In this document: one piece after another, positions 1 through 13,319 of the stretch
How positions within the stretch are numbered: position 1 is the stretch's first letter
Layout: each line of letters opens with the position of its first letter
Assembly: GCF_036321535.1 (NCBI RefSeq)
Contig: NC_087437.1
Coordinates: 111,106,001-111,170,000, forward strand
DNA: 64,000 nt
Direction: 5' to 3'
Source of the DNA: Camelus dromedarius
Lineage: Eukaryota
Position numbers and translations under genes: made by a program
Notes under the pieces: model-generated
Seen by the model: the letters and a program-made list of their open reading frames with translations, nothing else
Database searches by the model: none
Told to the model about the DNA's origin: nothing

Positions 1-319
1 AAAAGATAATTTTAACAACATATTAATTTTAATTCTATTACAGTACCAGAGAAACAAAAAAGGAGAGGCCATTGTTGGCCTACCAAATTGGCAAGATAGA
101 AAGAACAGAGAAAAAGACACCCACATACATCTCTGGTGGTACAATCTTTATGAAAGATGATTTAGCAATAAAAGCAAAGCCTTATTTGATTCAACAAGTC
201 TACATCTAGAAATTTATTCCAAGGAAAACAATTAAGATGTCTCTAATTTTCCCCATAAAGCTAGCCCCTGAAGTGAAATGCCCAGCAGTAAGGAACTGGT
301 TGAGTAGATAATGAAAACA

Positions 320-760
320 TATCCATCAACAGAAGTGTATAAAGATAGGGTGTGCGTATATGTATATATATATATACACAACAAAATTCTACTCAACCGT
401 GAAACAGAATAGAATTTTGCCATTTGCAGAAACATGGATGGACTTGGAAGGCATTATGCTAAGTGAAATAAGACAGAGAAAGACAAATACTCTATGATAT
501 CACTTACATGTGAAATCTAAAAAATACAACAAATGTGAATGAAACAAAAAAGTAGACTCAGATATAGAGAACAAACTAGTGGTTATCAGTAAGGAAAGGG
601 AACGGAGAGGGGCAATACAGGGATGAGGAAAAAGGTTATTATCGGATTACATGAATTCATGTGTGTGAAACTTTTGAAAATTACAAAGCATTATAGATTT
701 TTTTTAAACCACTACAGAATTTAAGAATCTTTCATTCAATAAAAAAAGGAGAAAAAATAA
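320..760 (+). mobile_element. L1 3' end (5'-truncated), inserted in an older degenerate L1
   Basis: ttgccatttgcagaaacatggatggacttggaaggcattatgctaagtgaaataag (end of ORF2), followed by a 3' UTR and A-rich tail. Confidence 0.8.
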
Positions 761-1655
761 ATTGTGAAAACAATCACGATGAAATACTTCACAGATGTTT
801 ATGATAAATTCAGTGGGAAAGCAGATTATCAATCAGTATGTCTTCATTTTTCCTTTTATAAATGTACATGTACATACTAAAACCTGAGTAGATCCAAATG
901 AAATAAAGACATTCATAGTATCTGGGGTGATGGCATATAGGTAATTTAAATTTTTTTCTATTTTATTTATTTGTACTTGGATTTGCTACTATAAAAACCT
1001 CTACTGACTATCCTTTTTTGGTCTGTTGGAGCTCTAACTCCTATCTCTCAGCCAGTATTAAAAGGCCATGGGCCAGAGACATTTCCACACACAACTTTTT
1101 TTTTTTTTTTGGAGTCCATACACATTTATCAGTGTGTACTACATGACACAATTCCAGGTTGGGGAAGCAGACAAAGATGTCTAAATCTCTGCTCTCGGTC
1201 CTCTACTGAGACAGACGTGCTAATCACACAGTTGTAAAGCAATATATAATTGTGGAAGTGAAAAATGGTTCAATTATGATGGGAGCAGGGAAAAGTTGGA
1301 AAACTTTACAGTGATTTCATTTCAAGTACTCCAAGATGAGTTAAATGTCAACAGAGTAGACACAGCAAAGGGGAGAGGAGACCTATCAGGCTCAAGGAAG
1401 AGAGTCTTGTCAGCAGACAAGAAATTCTGTTGTTGAATGGCTATCTCACAGTAATTGTTCAATCAACAGTACTGCTATAAATTTTTGTTCTGTTAAAGAA
1501 AAAACCCCCCAAAATCTCTAATGATTAAAACGAACTCCTAGTGACAACTTTTTTGTAGAGTGGCTTTAGAAGCAAGCATCCAAATTACAAATTACAAAGT
1601 AAATCACAATTACTGATCATAACTAAAATGAAGTAGTAATGAAATGGATAGTTAC

Positions 1656-1700
1656 CTTTTTGATGAACTTTTCTACTATTTGAACTACATGCTTATAAAG
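1656..1700 (-). CDS. SCAF4: SCAF4 coding exon 3 (LYKHVVQIVEKFIKK), CID domain
   Basis: 45 nt, phase 0. ttcttttcag acceptor and AAG|gtaact donor. Continues the CID sequence. Exon 4 was not found in 1-1655, so the gene runs off the window. Confidence 0.96.
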
Positions 1701-2161
1701 CTGAAAAGAATTAAAAGAAAATCATTATCCAGTTTACATTATTTCTACATTTCCTGTAATCAGAAAATACTCAAAACCTTGAAATTTGCAGAATCAGATT
1801 AATTCCCCACTGAATGACAATGAGAAATAATTCATACTCAACACACAGTCAACAACTTAAGAAATCTTAACAAATCAGGAAAAAACTAACTGAAACAGAA
1901 AACTATAAAAAAAAATCCCCCGAAACAGCAGGCCCTTTTCTTAGACTTTTAATCAGTAAATCTCATAAAGCAATTTATCAGAGAACTTTATGACAGGAAT
2001 AAGATCAATGGAATTGGGACTAAATAATGCAGTTTTTAAAGTGACTCAATTATTTAGGAGTGATCTTGGGTAAGACATTTAATTTCATGAAGCCTGAGGG
2101 TTTTTTAAAATAAAAATGAAGCTAATATGCTGACGATTTGTAAGAATTGAATGGAAAAAAA

Positions 2162-2378
2162 AACCCTGCCATTCTACTTTCTACTTCAGTGAGTTCAACT
2201 TTTTTAGCACCCCACACACATAAAAGATAATCAAAAGGTAATTACGTGAAGTGATGGATGTATTAATTAGCTTGATTGAGGTGATCATTCCACAATGTAC
2301 ACGTGTATCAAATCATATTTTATTAAATTATATGACTAAATTTATTTGTCAATTATACTTCTTATAGCTAAAAAATAT
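2162..2378 (+). mobile_element. L1MA-like 3' end with 5' inversion, inside a MIR
   Basis: 2165-2212 is L1 3' UTR in minus orientation. 2215-2378 is the L1MA terminus in plus orientation (gtgatggatgtattaattagcttgatt...gtcaattatac). Confidence 0.6.
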
Positions 2379-2597
2379 AAATGGGAAATACTAACAACAA
2401 AAAACTCAATAAGGTTTTAAAACAATATGTTACAATGCAAATGCACCATACTGTACTATTATGTATCTTCAGTAAAACCTGGTTAGTGCTCTTTGATTCA
2501 GGCCTGAACTAATTCACAAGATGAAGCCACATTTAATAAAAACATTTCAAAATTTCAAAAACACTTTTCAAATTAAATATATTTATTTTACTCTTAC

Positions 2598-2681
2598 CTT
2601 AATAGCTTTAATAGCAGCTTTCGTGATGAGAATCATCTTGGCTCGAGAGATGGGAGGCTTCATATCCATAAGTGAAAAGAG
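2598..2681 (-). CDS. SCAF4: SCAF4 coding exon 2 (LFSLMDMKPPISRAKMILITKAAIKAIK), CID domain
   Basis: 84 nt, phase 0. Polypyrimidine tract ttttgctttttaag acceptor and AAG|gtaaga donor. In frame with exon 1. Confidence 0.97.
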
Positions 2682-3908
2682 CTTAAAAAGCAAAAAACAA
2701 ACAAAAAAAAATTTAACTAAAAGTAAAATTAGCGGTTAATCCTTCAGTTCTACAAATATATTTATAATACACTAACTAAAAAAATGATAAATTTTTGGAA
2801 AGTTTAACAATTTGTGTAGTAAAGAAAAGCCAAGAGTGTTCCTACATACCAGCACCATCACTTTGAAAATATAATGGGAAAAGATTGTTAAAAGCAGCAA
2901 AATGGGGGGGGGGGGGGAGGAGGTAAAAGGTAAGAAATCTTTAAAATCTGTAACAGAAAAAAATTACAAAACTTTACTGAAGAACTCAAAAATGATCTGA
3001 ATGGAAACAAACATACCATGGTCCTGGGCAAAAGTGGCAACAGTGTGACTCAGTATTTAATATTTCAATCCAAGCCTCACTGAGATTTTAAAGAACTTCA
3101 AATAATTCTAAGCTTCATTTGGAGAAGCACAGGTATTAAATCAGGCAAGAAATTTAACATGCAATTATAAAGCTTGAATTCACAATTTCTTGATTTAGTC
3201 AGGAATAAAAATGACACCATATTTAACAAATCTCACCACAGTAAATCCAATAATCAGATGCTCCCATGAGACTTAACCACACATGCATAATAATAATCCT
3301 TCCCCCTAAATTTTAAATCCAACCAAAACATGAGAGCTCACAGAGTTAAAAAGATAAAATTCTGACATTACTAAGCTTGTATCTAATTTCTTAAAAATTC
3401 TTAATTTTGTTTTGTTTTAATCATAGGCACATATACACACACTTCTAAAAATATATTTTGAAATAAATTTCAAGGCTTCCTGAGCACTTTCAATCATACC
3501 AACACTCATATTACATGAATCATATTTCCATTTCTTTCCAATTAATGCTGATATTTCAAATATGGAATCCCTAAGACATAGATCACCTTTACTAAGAGGT
3601 GAGCCTAAAGAATTAAAGTCTTTTTTTCCATGTAAATAGCCCTACCTGGGAACATATCTTAAATTCTCTAGCAACAGAGAATTTTCACAGCTTTTCAGAA
3701 CTACAGACACAATGGGACTATAGGTAATGGTAACTGTAAGTTTAGAAAAAGTATGCAATGCCAGATATAATCAACATATGAACTAGTTATGTACTCTGTT
3801 TAAGTGGATAAAGGTAGAATTTTCCTATAAATAATACCAAGATACAGAAAACAAGAGAAACACAAAGATATTAGCATAGGAATTCATTTTTTAAAAAGGG
3901 ATTATCTA

Positions 3909-4037
3909 GGGCGCAGGGTATATAGCTCAGTGGTAGAGTGCTTAGCATGCACAGGGTCCTGGGTTTAATCCCCAGTACCTCTATTAAAATAAATAAGTAA
4001 TAGATAAACCTAATTATCTCCCCTTCTCAAAAAAAAT
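3909..4037 (+). mobile_element. tRNA-derived SINE (camelid vic-1-like)
   Basis: A box tagctcagtggtagag, B box gggtttaatcccc, AT-rich linker and A tail. Degenerate TSD (gggattatct / cggattatat). Confidence 0.85.
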
Positions 4038-4540
4038 TTAAACGGATTATATAAATAAATATGGTCATGATTCTTTAATTTACCAACATAATAAAAATTC
4101 TCCTTGAGAATAAATGCTCAGAAATTGAAAAACTATTAGAGAGGAGATAGTAATCTTTGAAATTATACAAACCAATGAGAAACTAAGAAAATTTAAAATA
4201 TTTCAACTTCAATACAAATTAAAAAAAAAATCAACACTGCATGAAATATACAGCACACATTTTATGAAAGGGTTTATTCTGCCCACTTCTCAGTTATAAC
4301 AGTTATTAAGATGGCTGTTTATTACTGTTGTTCTATTTCCTTCTCTGGACCTAAAAGCAGAGAAAGGAGATGCAAAAAGGTTTATACATGATCTTAAGAA
4401 TGAGCAACAGTAAGACTACTTCTCTGGCCATTAAAACATTAGAGAATCGTGTTTTAATGAAGCCTAAGCCAGAGCTAATATTCACTTAATGTCCCAAATA
4501 GCACTTCTTGATTATCTCAGCAGTAATGAACTTGCTGTAT

Positions 4541-4543
<3 letters not shown>

Positions 4544-4583
<40 letters not shown>
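4544..4583. repeat. (AAC)n microsatellite, about 13 units
   Basis: Perfect trinucleotide run. Confidence 0.95.
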
Positions 4584-6649
4584 AGTCAACTGAGCAACAT
4601 CAGACAGACCAATGCAACTTCTGATGAAACACTCCAGTCTATATTTAAATCATAATCTACTTAAAAAATTAAAATAAAGACTATACCATATAGCAGTATA
4701 ACCATCATTCAAGAAATAGACCAGCAAGAAAGCCTTCAACTGATCACCTAAGAGACAGAGGAAGGGTGTTTATTCTATTAAAGAAAGTACAACTTCGGAA
4801 AAGAGAAGAAAACCTATACTGAGCACTTATGAATACGGAAGAATTAAGTTTGCTGGTGCATTACTTTAATCATACTAATAAATAACAGATTGTTACACCT
4901 CTTTTGAGATGATACTCAAAAGGGTTATATCTGTTTTGGATGATGCTCAGGGATAGGTCTGGACTAGAATTTGTTGATTTTAAATTAGCTCACAATCCTT
5001 AACAGCATACTCATCTCCTTATACAATGCTGATTACTGACTAAACACATGCAGAGACCATTAACTATGACAGAGAATACAGACAAAATATCAAGCAGGCA
5101 TCTGTGTCTGTCTGTATTTATATTGTACTGATTCAGGGATAATGATGAGACATACTGAATTTAATTTGGGATGCCTACTGAAAATCCAGGCAGAGATTTC
5201 AGCAGACAGTGGACTATGGATCTGTGTCTGGGCTAGAAACTGAAAGGTCACAGGATCACAGCCATGAGGATGAGTAAGAAGAGAACCAAGAATATATAAT
5301 TAACTAGGGCATACTAGAAACTTCAGCGTGGTACAGAGAAAGGGGATGGACAAATGAACATGAGGATAAATGCTGGAAATTAAAGGTATCTGAAAGGGTC
5401 AAATGCTACTGCTAGTTTTTGTATATGGCATGATATACTAGTCATCTGCAACAGGACAAGCGCTCCATAAACGTCACTAGCTGCAGTATTCTGCGCTACT
5501 CCAGCTCTGTATTCACAATTAATGTAATCTGTCAATGAAAACAAACGTGTCAAAGCAGCCGGAGAAACCATGCAATTCTCTTACTGAAAATAATAGCAGC
5601 AGTAGGCCTCAAAAGGTACAAAACCTTCTTAGAAAGTCTTAGTAAGAAAAACATACTTGCCAGCAGCAGACCTGAGTTTGTCTTTTTGCTGTCACTTTAG
5701 AAAGTCTAAATACGAACACTATTCTGCTGGATGCCTCATACACAAAGTATTCTAAAAATTATGAAGAATTGCTCATCATGATCCCTTACATCAATAAAGA
5801 ACAGCTTCAAGACAACATAAGGAATGAGCATATCTGGCCCGTGACACCTGTAGAATTCATAGTGTTTGGTAGTTAGTCAAAGTAACATGATACTCTGCTA
5901 TTTACTAACAGTATAAACTTTGATGTTTAGTTCACGTTTTCTAAATTTCAAGGAGTTTTCAAATCTGTGAAAGAGGATTAATCGTACTCACTTCGCCTCA
6001 TAAGGTTATTAGGAATGTATATAAATCTCTTAGCCTGGTACGTGATAACATACAAATGGCTCAGAGGTATATAATGCCCTGGGAATTCTGACACACATAC
6101 CACCCCCCCGAGTTTTTAATTATTTGTGCCAGCTTACCATAATTATCTTTTTTGTATTACATTTATTATTCAAGTGCTGCATGTACAGAAATCTTCTCTG
6201 TATTGAAAACACAGTAGTATCAAAGAGTTTTAAAGCTATATAGCACCTTAGTATCAAAACCAGTATTCTACTAAATTCGGAACTGCTTTCACAATATATC
6301 TGCCAGATTCCATGCAGTCACACAGGCTTAGTAACTCACAACTAATCAGCTCCACTGGTTACCAGCAGTCTTCTCTGTACTGACCCCCAATCTCCCTTCT
6401 GATAACCTTCCCTCTCCTATTCCAGTTCTGCCTCTGGAGCACATAACAATAGTGATCTTTCTCATGTGATAAAATATTTATAATATTTAAAGATAACTAA
6501 GCATGTTTCCCTCTCTCTTCAATATTAGAATATTAGCCAAATGATATGGTTTCTAGATCTGACTATCCTGGCTAAAACCTTTTAAGTATGATATCTCAAA
6601 ATAAACAGGGTCCAGATGTGCTCCTGTGGAAATCTAGTGGATTGTCTTT

Positions 6650-7060
6650 TGCATCAGTTTCCTATTTCTGCAGGAACACATTACCACAAACTCAGTAGCT
6701 TAAAACAACACTTTTGGAGGTTAGAATCTCACTAGTATGAAATCAAAGTGTTGGTAGGACTGCCTTCCTTCTGGGTGCTCTAAGTCAAAAATCTATTTCT
6801 TGCCTTTCCCAGCTTCTACAGGGTGCCTAAATTCCTTTGGCTCATGGCTGCCTCTTCCATCTTCAAAGCTGGCAGCACAGCATCTTTTTCCTAACCTCTG
6901 CTTAAACTGTCATATCACTTCCTCTCCTGCCTCTCTCATATAAGGACCCTGCAGGTTATATTGGGTTCATCTGGATAATTTAGGATAATTAACCCAAATC
7001 AAGACCCTTAACTTAATAACACGTTCTAGGATTCAGACGATGGACATGGGTGGGTGGGAG
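6650..7060. mobile_element. MLT1-type MaLR LTR
   Basis: ttaccacaaactcagtagcttaaaacaac...atcaaagtgttggtaggac...ccatcttcaaagc...tataaggaccct...tctggataat, typical of MLT1. Confidence 0.75.
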
Positions 7061-10000
7061 ATCATTCATTATTTAAAAAAAATAGTGCTTAATTCATTAT
7101 TAACTCACATTTATAATCAACTGAGACCCGCACTGGAATCTCTATCAAAACTAGATCTTTATGTTGACTTTACATTTGTTTCTGACAGTCTTTTCAATCT
7201 GCGTAGGTAGTCTGGAAATCATTTTCTGCTATTTGAGGTAGCAGCTACTCCAGTCAGCTTGTAAATTTCATAAACCTACTTTATATGGCTTCCTCCAATA
7301 CAATGGTTTTCTTAAAAATTAAAAAAAACAGGACCCACTTGTAGGATGACCTTATCTGCTATTTCTTGAGCCCTACCAGTCGGCTAACAATCACTTAACA
7401 ATACTCTCATCCTGTCTACAGTTTTCTAATTTATTCATGACGAAATCATGGTAAATATCTTTCTGAAATACTTGGTTTAGAGTCCTCACTAGAGGAAGTA
7501 CACTTCACAGAAGAAAAAAGTTTAATCTGATCTGTTATTAATTATTAGTGAATCTCTTCTGGCTTCTAGTGACTAGAAATCTTTCGACAGAATCTCTTTC
7601 AATGGGATACTTATTATCCCCCACCTTTTCCCCTTAAACTTAAACTTTTAAGTATTTGCTTTCTTTAAATTTATTTCATAATGAATTAAATTGATCACAT
7701 CCAGTATTCCTTCCTTTGCTATTATGATGCCCAAAATGACAAATTTTATCTTAAGTGCCTGTTAAAAATTGTAAAGTTTAATATAAAGAAAAAAATATGG
7801 ATGCTTCCAAAAGGAAATACACTCACAGTGACAGGCTGGTACTCAAATCTCTGTTCTGACAGACTCAGATACAAAATTGTTTAATTCTACAAGCTTTCCT
7901 CCTCTTTCATTCATTTGATTCAACAAATCTGATACACTGGCTTCAAACAAATCAAGAGTTAAAGCCAACGTAACTTAAATGTTTATTGGTAACATATACT
8001 TTATAAGAATACATGTTAAGTTTAATAATAATTAGAAAAAAACTTTTAAAATTATTTTCTCTGCAAAGATGCTTTGTCCATCTAATTATATAGACTGAGG
8101 ACAGCTCCATAAAATGCTTACTGCTAGAACAATTAGATAAGGGATAGTTTACAGTCCCTTTTTACCTGACATTCCGTTTTACACCTCTACATATACTTTA
8201 CATAAGGTTTGTTTCAACTAATTTCTTAATACTGGGCATTTAATATGTTATATTAATACGTTAATAAGTTACTGAAAAGATCTGGTAACCACATATAAAA
8301 TTTTCAAACACAAGTGGAGGGGAAAAAAAGACTGAAACACTCTAAAATGTTAATGGTATTAGGTGGGATATTTTCTTTGTTTTTTAATTTAAATTTACCT
8401 AATTTGCATTGATTTTAAAACGAAAAAAATAAAATTCATGGATTAAAAATGGAAAACTTTGTGTCTGAGACACAAAAATGCATTTCTCCAACTTGATTTT
8501 AAATATAATAAATAAGTAGAATCGTTATTATCAGACACAATTTGTCCATGGAGTAAATCTTGTCTTTGAAGTTAATAGTTACGTTTAAATCAATGGCTTG
8601 TAAATCTTTAATACACCTTTTCAAAATTACTACAACAAAATTTTAAAAATATAAAATTTTGCCCTTTAAAATCTTTATAACTGAAGCCTTTGTGCATATA
8701 AAATCCAAATCTTAAGAAATTACAGTCTTAAATATATTTTTTGACATCTGTGCATTAAAGAAAGCATCCCTTTAACTACTGATATATAATTTACTCCCAT
8801 GTTAATTCTGTTAACTTTCCAGAGAGTCAAATCCTTTGAAACCCAAATGTTTAAACAATTTTCCACTTGCTTAGAGGAATTTATAGAGACAAGACAGACC
8901 TGGCATTAATACAAAATATCCCTAAGACAGGAGTTTTTAAAATTTTCATACCTACTTCTTCCTACATTTCTTTACCTTACTACATTTTCCCACAAATGTG
9001 CCAACTTTCCTCCTAGTTCTAGAAAATGCTTTACAAAACACTTAAGTGCAAATATGAACTGTTACTATTATGGATGAAATTACTTTCAAATTAACTACTT
9101 ATGTTTCTATGTGCATTAAGAAAATTAAGAAAACAGAATATAATAATACAGCAAACAGTAGTTTAAACGTCATCTGCATTATTTCACACTTTTTATTTAT
9201 GTCACCAGCCCCTAGTTCTGTTACCATTTGCTGCCAGCAGAACTACTTTTCTAATTTCTGACGACTCACTCTATAAAGTATGCCCTAATTTATTCTTCAC
9301 CTAAGACTAACTCCCTTACAATTTCCAGAGGTCTATCCTTCACTCAAAACTTTTCACTTTAGAAGCCAGGCTGCCTCTCTCATCAGGGCTTTTAAATCCT
9401 TCAGTTCCACTTATTACAACAGGTCATTTTCTATTCCTCACCTCCCTTTTGGTTAACAACTACAATCAACCTTCAATTCTTTCGTTTTCCCTTGCTCAAG
9501 AAATAGGGCAGGATGTGATTTTAGGAAATGCCAAATATTTTATCCATGCCATTGCTCTACTTTACTAGCATAGGACACAGGTTTCAGAAATGCTTTTATT
9601 ATGTCTCATTTAAGTAAACTTTGTGTCTGCCCAAAGTTGGCCATAAAAAATTTTCATGAATTAAATAGTTCCTCCTAGACTTTAACTGAAGAAATAAAAA
9701 CTGGTTCCAGGATATAAAATCATTTGATTAGAAGAAAAAAAATTATCCCATACATTGTGTATTTTATCTATATCTATTTTTCTCCCCACAAAGTTGTAAT
9801 GACTAGATCTATACACAAGCATGGGATTAAAATGGAAAATGTCAACATTTATAAAGTCTCTAATCAATTTTAAAATTTTAAGTGTGAATATTAATTAGCA
9901 AATGAAATATAAATGCCTATAAAAGCGTATCTTAAGTTTTAAACACTGATTGCATCTATTCTACTACTAGGGATGAGTCACAAACTTACCAAACTTTATT

Positions 10001-10559
10001 ATTCTTAAACTGTGGCAAATTCATTCCCAAGTACACATTATAGTGCACCTGCCACCATGCTTCAAATATACAAAAGTTGTTTAGGGAGCACTCTCCCTTC
10101 ATAAGCAGTATAGTAGACAAAGACTGGCTGCTCACAAAACTTCATTACAGCCACATGGGGGTGTGGACTGGGCTTAGGCAGCCTCTGACAGTACTCAGCC
10201 AAATCTCAGAACTGCCATTTCTACACCGTGTGACCTTGGACAAATGACAACACCCCTCCAGTTTATGTAAAGACATATATAAAACACCTAACCCTTAACC
10301 TGGTATCTGGTTAGTATTTAATGAGCAAATGCAGGATTCCTTTCCTGTCCTTCCCTTGAACTGTCTCCCCTGGATTACTTCTTAAAATAGCATGTAAAAA
10401 CTAAAGATATCCTTTGAACAAACTTAGGATTCAGGATCAACAAAATAATTTACAGAGCCACTCAGCAGCTAATAGATATTGTTTCCAAACTGACAGAAAA
10501 ATCAGATCAAGCAACAAAACAATAAAATTGGTGTTAAAACCAGACTTTTTTGCCTTTTT

Positions 10560-10800
10560 CTTTAAACAGCTTTGAGCTGTAATTCCTATACCATAAAACT
10601 CACTCATTTAAAGTGTACAGTTTAGTGGTTTTTACTATATTCATATAGTTATACAACCATAAACACTAATTTTAGAAAATTTTCATCACATCTCAAAGAA
10701 ATTCCATATCCATTAGCAGTCACTTCCCATTCCTTCCCCATCCCTCAACTAATAATCTACTTTCTATCTCTATGGATGTGCCTATTTTGGGTATTTCATA
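10560..10800 (-). mobile_element. L1MB-like 3' end
   Basis: cagctttgagctgtaattcctataccataaaactcactcatttaaagtgtacag...ccattagcagtcac...aatctactttctatctctatgga. Confidence 0.75.
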
Positions 10801-11650
10801 TATCCAAAACCCACCTCTAACTTATAAAATATGCTCTTAGATTTATTAAACAATGGTTAAGGTCTTTATGGATTTGAACGTATCTCCAATTGAACTCCAA
10901 ACTTGGCTGTTCTTTCCAAAGTGATTTATCATTTAGCGTCTCTCTCTTAATTAAGGTGAACTAGGTAATATATGACCATAAAAATTTAAAGAGTATTTTA
11001 CCATTTCCTAAAGGCTTAAAAGCCATATTACCAAAAATTTCCATATTATAGGTTTCCTTTAAGCAGGGCATTATAATTCGACATCAGCTAAAACTAAGCT
11101 CTGACAAAAGGAGAAAATAAAGTGGAACAGTCATGATAATGTACATAAAGATATAACGGAGATATTGCAGAGGGAGATTTACAGATTATGGGGTTGCTTA
11201 ACCATTGCTCTTCAACGTAATAACACACCTAGAGTGGGGCAATGGAAGTCCACCCAGCGGAAAGCAAAAAGTGGGTCTCTAAAAACTCTACATACAATAA
11301 TAAAACTGAGAATTCTTTTATCATCAAACACCATCAATTCTAAGTATCAGGGATAAAACATTCCTTCCCCTAAAATATTTTGTTGACCAAGATTCTTAAG
11401 TTTTAAACTACTGCTGTGGTTATTGATGAGTTTTAATATATAAGCATCAAATCTGTATATTTTTATCATGTATCTTTTAATAAGCAATCTATTCTAAGTG
11501 GAAATTCATTAGAAAACCCTCCAGTTATGTGGTCAATGTGCAAAACATGCAAATTCACTACACCTGTTCATTTGGAGAATCACTACAAAGAGGTTCAGGA
11601 TAGCCTGCACCCTCCTCAGGCTCAGTTTATGTCTCCAATTCTGTGGTTCT

Positions 11651-11672
11651 CACACACACACACACACACACA
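11651..11672. repeat. (CA)11 microsatellite; reads (UG)n on the SCAF4 pre-mRNA
   Basis: Direct reading. Confidence 0.9.
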
Positions 11673-13319
11673 TTTTTAAACAGTGCACTTAAAGTATGAT
11701 AGCTGTGTGCAATTCTTCTTTCCTGACATATCTTTTTTCTGGTATAAATATTTACAAACAGCCAGAATCAGCCTTTAACAAAGGAACACGAAGCTTGAAG
11801 ATCCATGAACAAAAATTACGGAGATTGCCATTACTGTTCAACAAAATATAAGGAAGTGAACATTTACACATAATTTCAAAAATGTTTATCAAATATAATA
11901 GAAACCTATATTGAAATTTCGAGTGAAAACACTTTAGTGAAATTTTTTTTGTCCCAGAGGACATTTGAAAGTCACTAGAATCAATCCTGAAAAGACATGG
12001 ATAGCATTGTGATTTCTAGAATTTACTGTGAAGTGAACTTTTTCTAAATTTCTGCCGAAGTAACCTTATGTTTAAGACTTTCCAACTATCTGTATATCTG
12101 CTGCTTTATGTACAACTTTTTGTAATTAGAATTAATGAGAAGTGTTTTTCAATCAATTATGGGGGAAGATAAGATTGTTAAATCTGACCATAACTGTCTA
12201 CTGAACTCAAATACGTGAAAATCAACTGTGACAGTCATTGACAAATATGCAGAAGTTAAGGCTTAAAAAGAAACCAGAATATTACTATTCATTATTGTGA
12301 CAGACCAGTACATAGATAAGATTTTCTACTTTTATTTTAAAAAGTATTTATGAAATTTAAATATATTAACCAACTTCTACTCTCTGTTGTAATATTTATG
12401 TGTAAATGGTATAAAGTTCAAATTTCTTTCTTGGTCAATTTCATGATTATTTCTGAAAATAATTTTGTTGTAGAATAAGGAGTGTGTTTAAAAAAGGAAA
12501 GAAACCGTTCTGTTCTGGGTGTCGAATATGCTAGGTACACTACTGCTCTATGGTCTCTTCCAACTGACCCACATGGATTTATACCAAAAATCACAAATTA
12601 TCCAAACAGAAATTATCACTTTCAAGAGGTACTCGGATGGCCTTTCACCTTTCACTGAGCTCTGCTACTTTTCTTCCTCTAAGCCTTGGCTTCTAATTCT
12701 TAACTCCACTCTAGAGTTACACTGAATTTCTTGCTGAATTCACTGCTAACCTGTACAATACTTCATTTGTATTCAAAGTTTCTAAGTATTTAATCTATGA
12801 CTTCACAAGCACCAATAAAGAGCTAACTATAAAGCAATGAAATGTAATCATTAAACCATGCAAATACTGAAAAGAATGAAGGTGACAGGAGCATAATAAA
12901 TTATAATATTGCTTGGAAAATCTAGTTCTCAAAAAAAAATCATGACAATACATTGTTAATTACACTTAATATTAACACAGAAAGGTAGACGTGTCTCTTC
13001 TAGATTAAGTTCCTCAACAGATCTTGATAAAGCCTGATTAATACAAATTTAACAATTACCAACTCTACCAAAACTTCAACTGTTAATAGGTAAGCTTATT
13101 CTATACACTACCTGATAACACAGTACACGTGTTTTTAGCTTATCATTAAAGTTGTATGCTGTTGCTCTGAGGTATGCTTAAAAAAAAAAGATTCGGCATA
13201 TTATTTCAAAAAATGTTATCAATAACACTAGAGGTTCATCATTTATGTAACAACCTTTTCCCTATCATGTTATCAAGGGACCTTTTAAATGTTCTGAATA
13301 TGTACAGACATGCATAGAA

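Noticed and set aside
2521..2739. 72-aa plus-strand ORF
   Set aside because: Antisense shadow of SCAF4 exon 2.
3909..3980. tRNA-like sequence with A and B boxes (also at seven other sites)
   Set aside because: Diverged copies with AT-rich tails and TSDs, so SINEs rather than tRNA genes.
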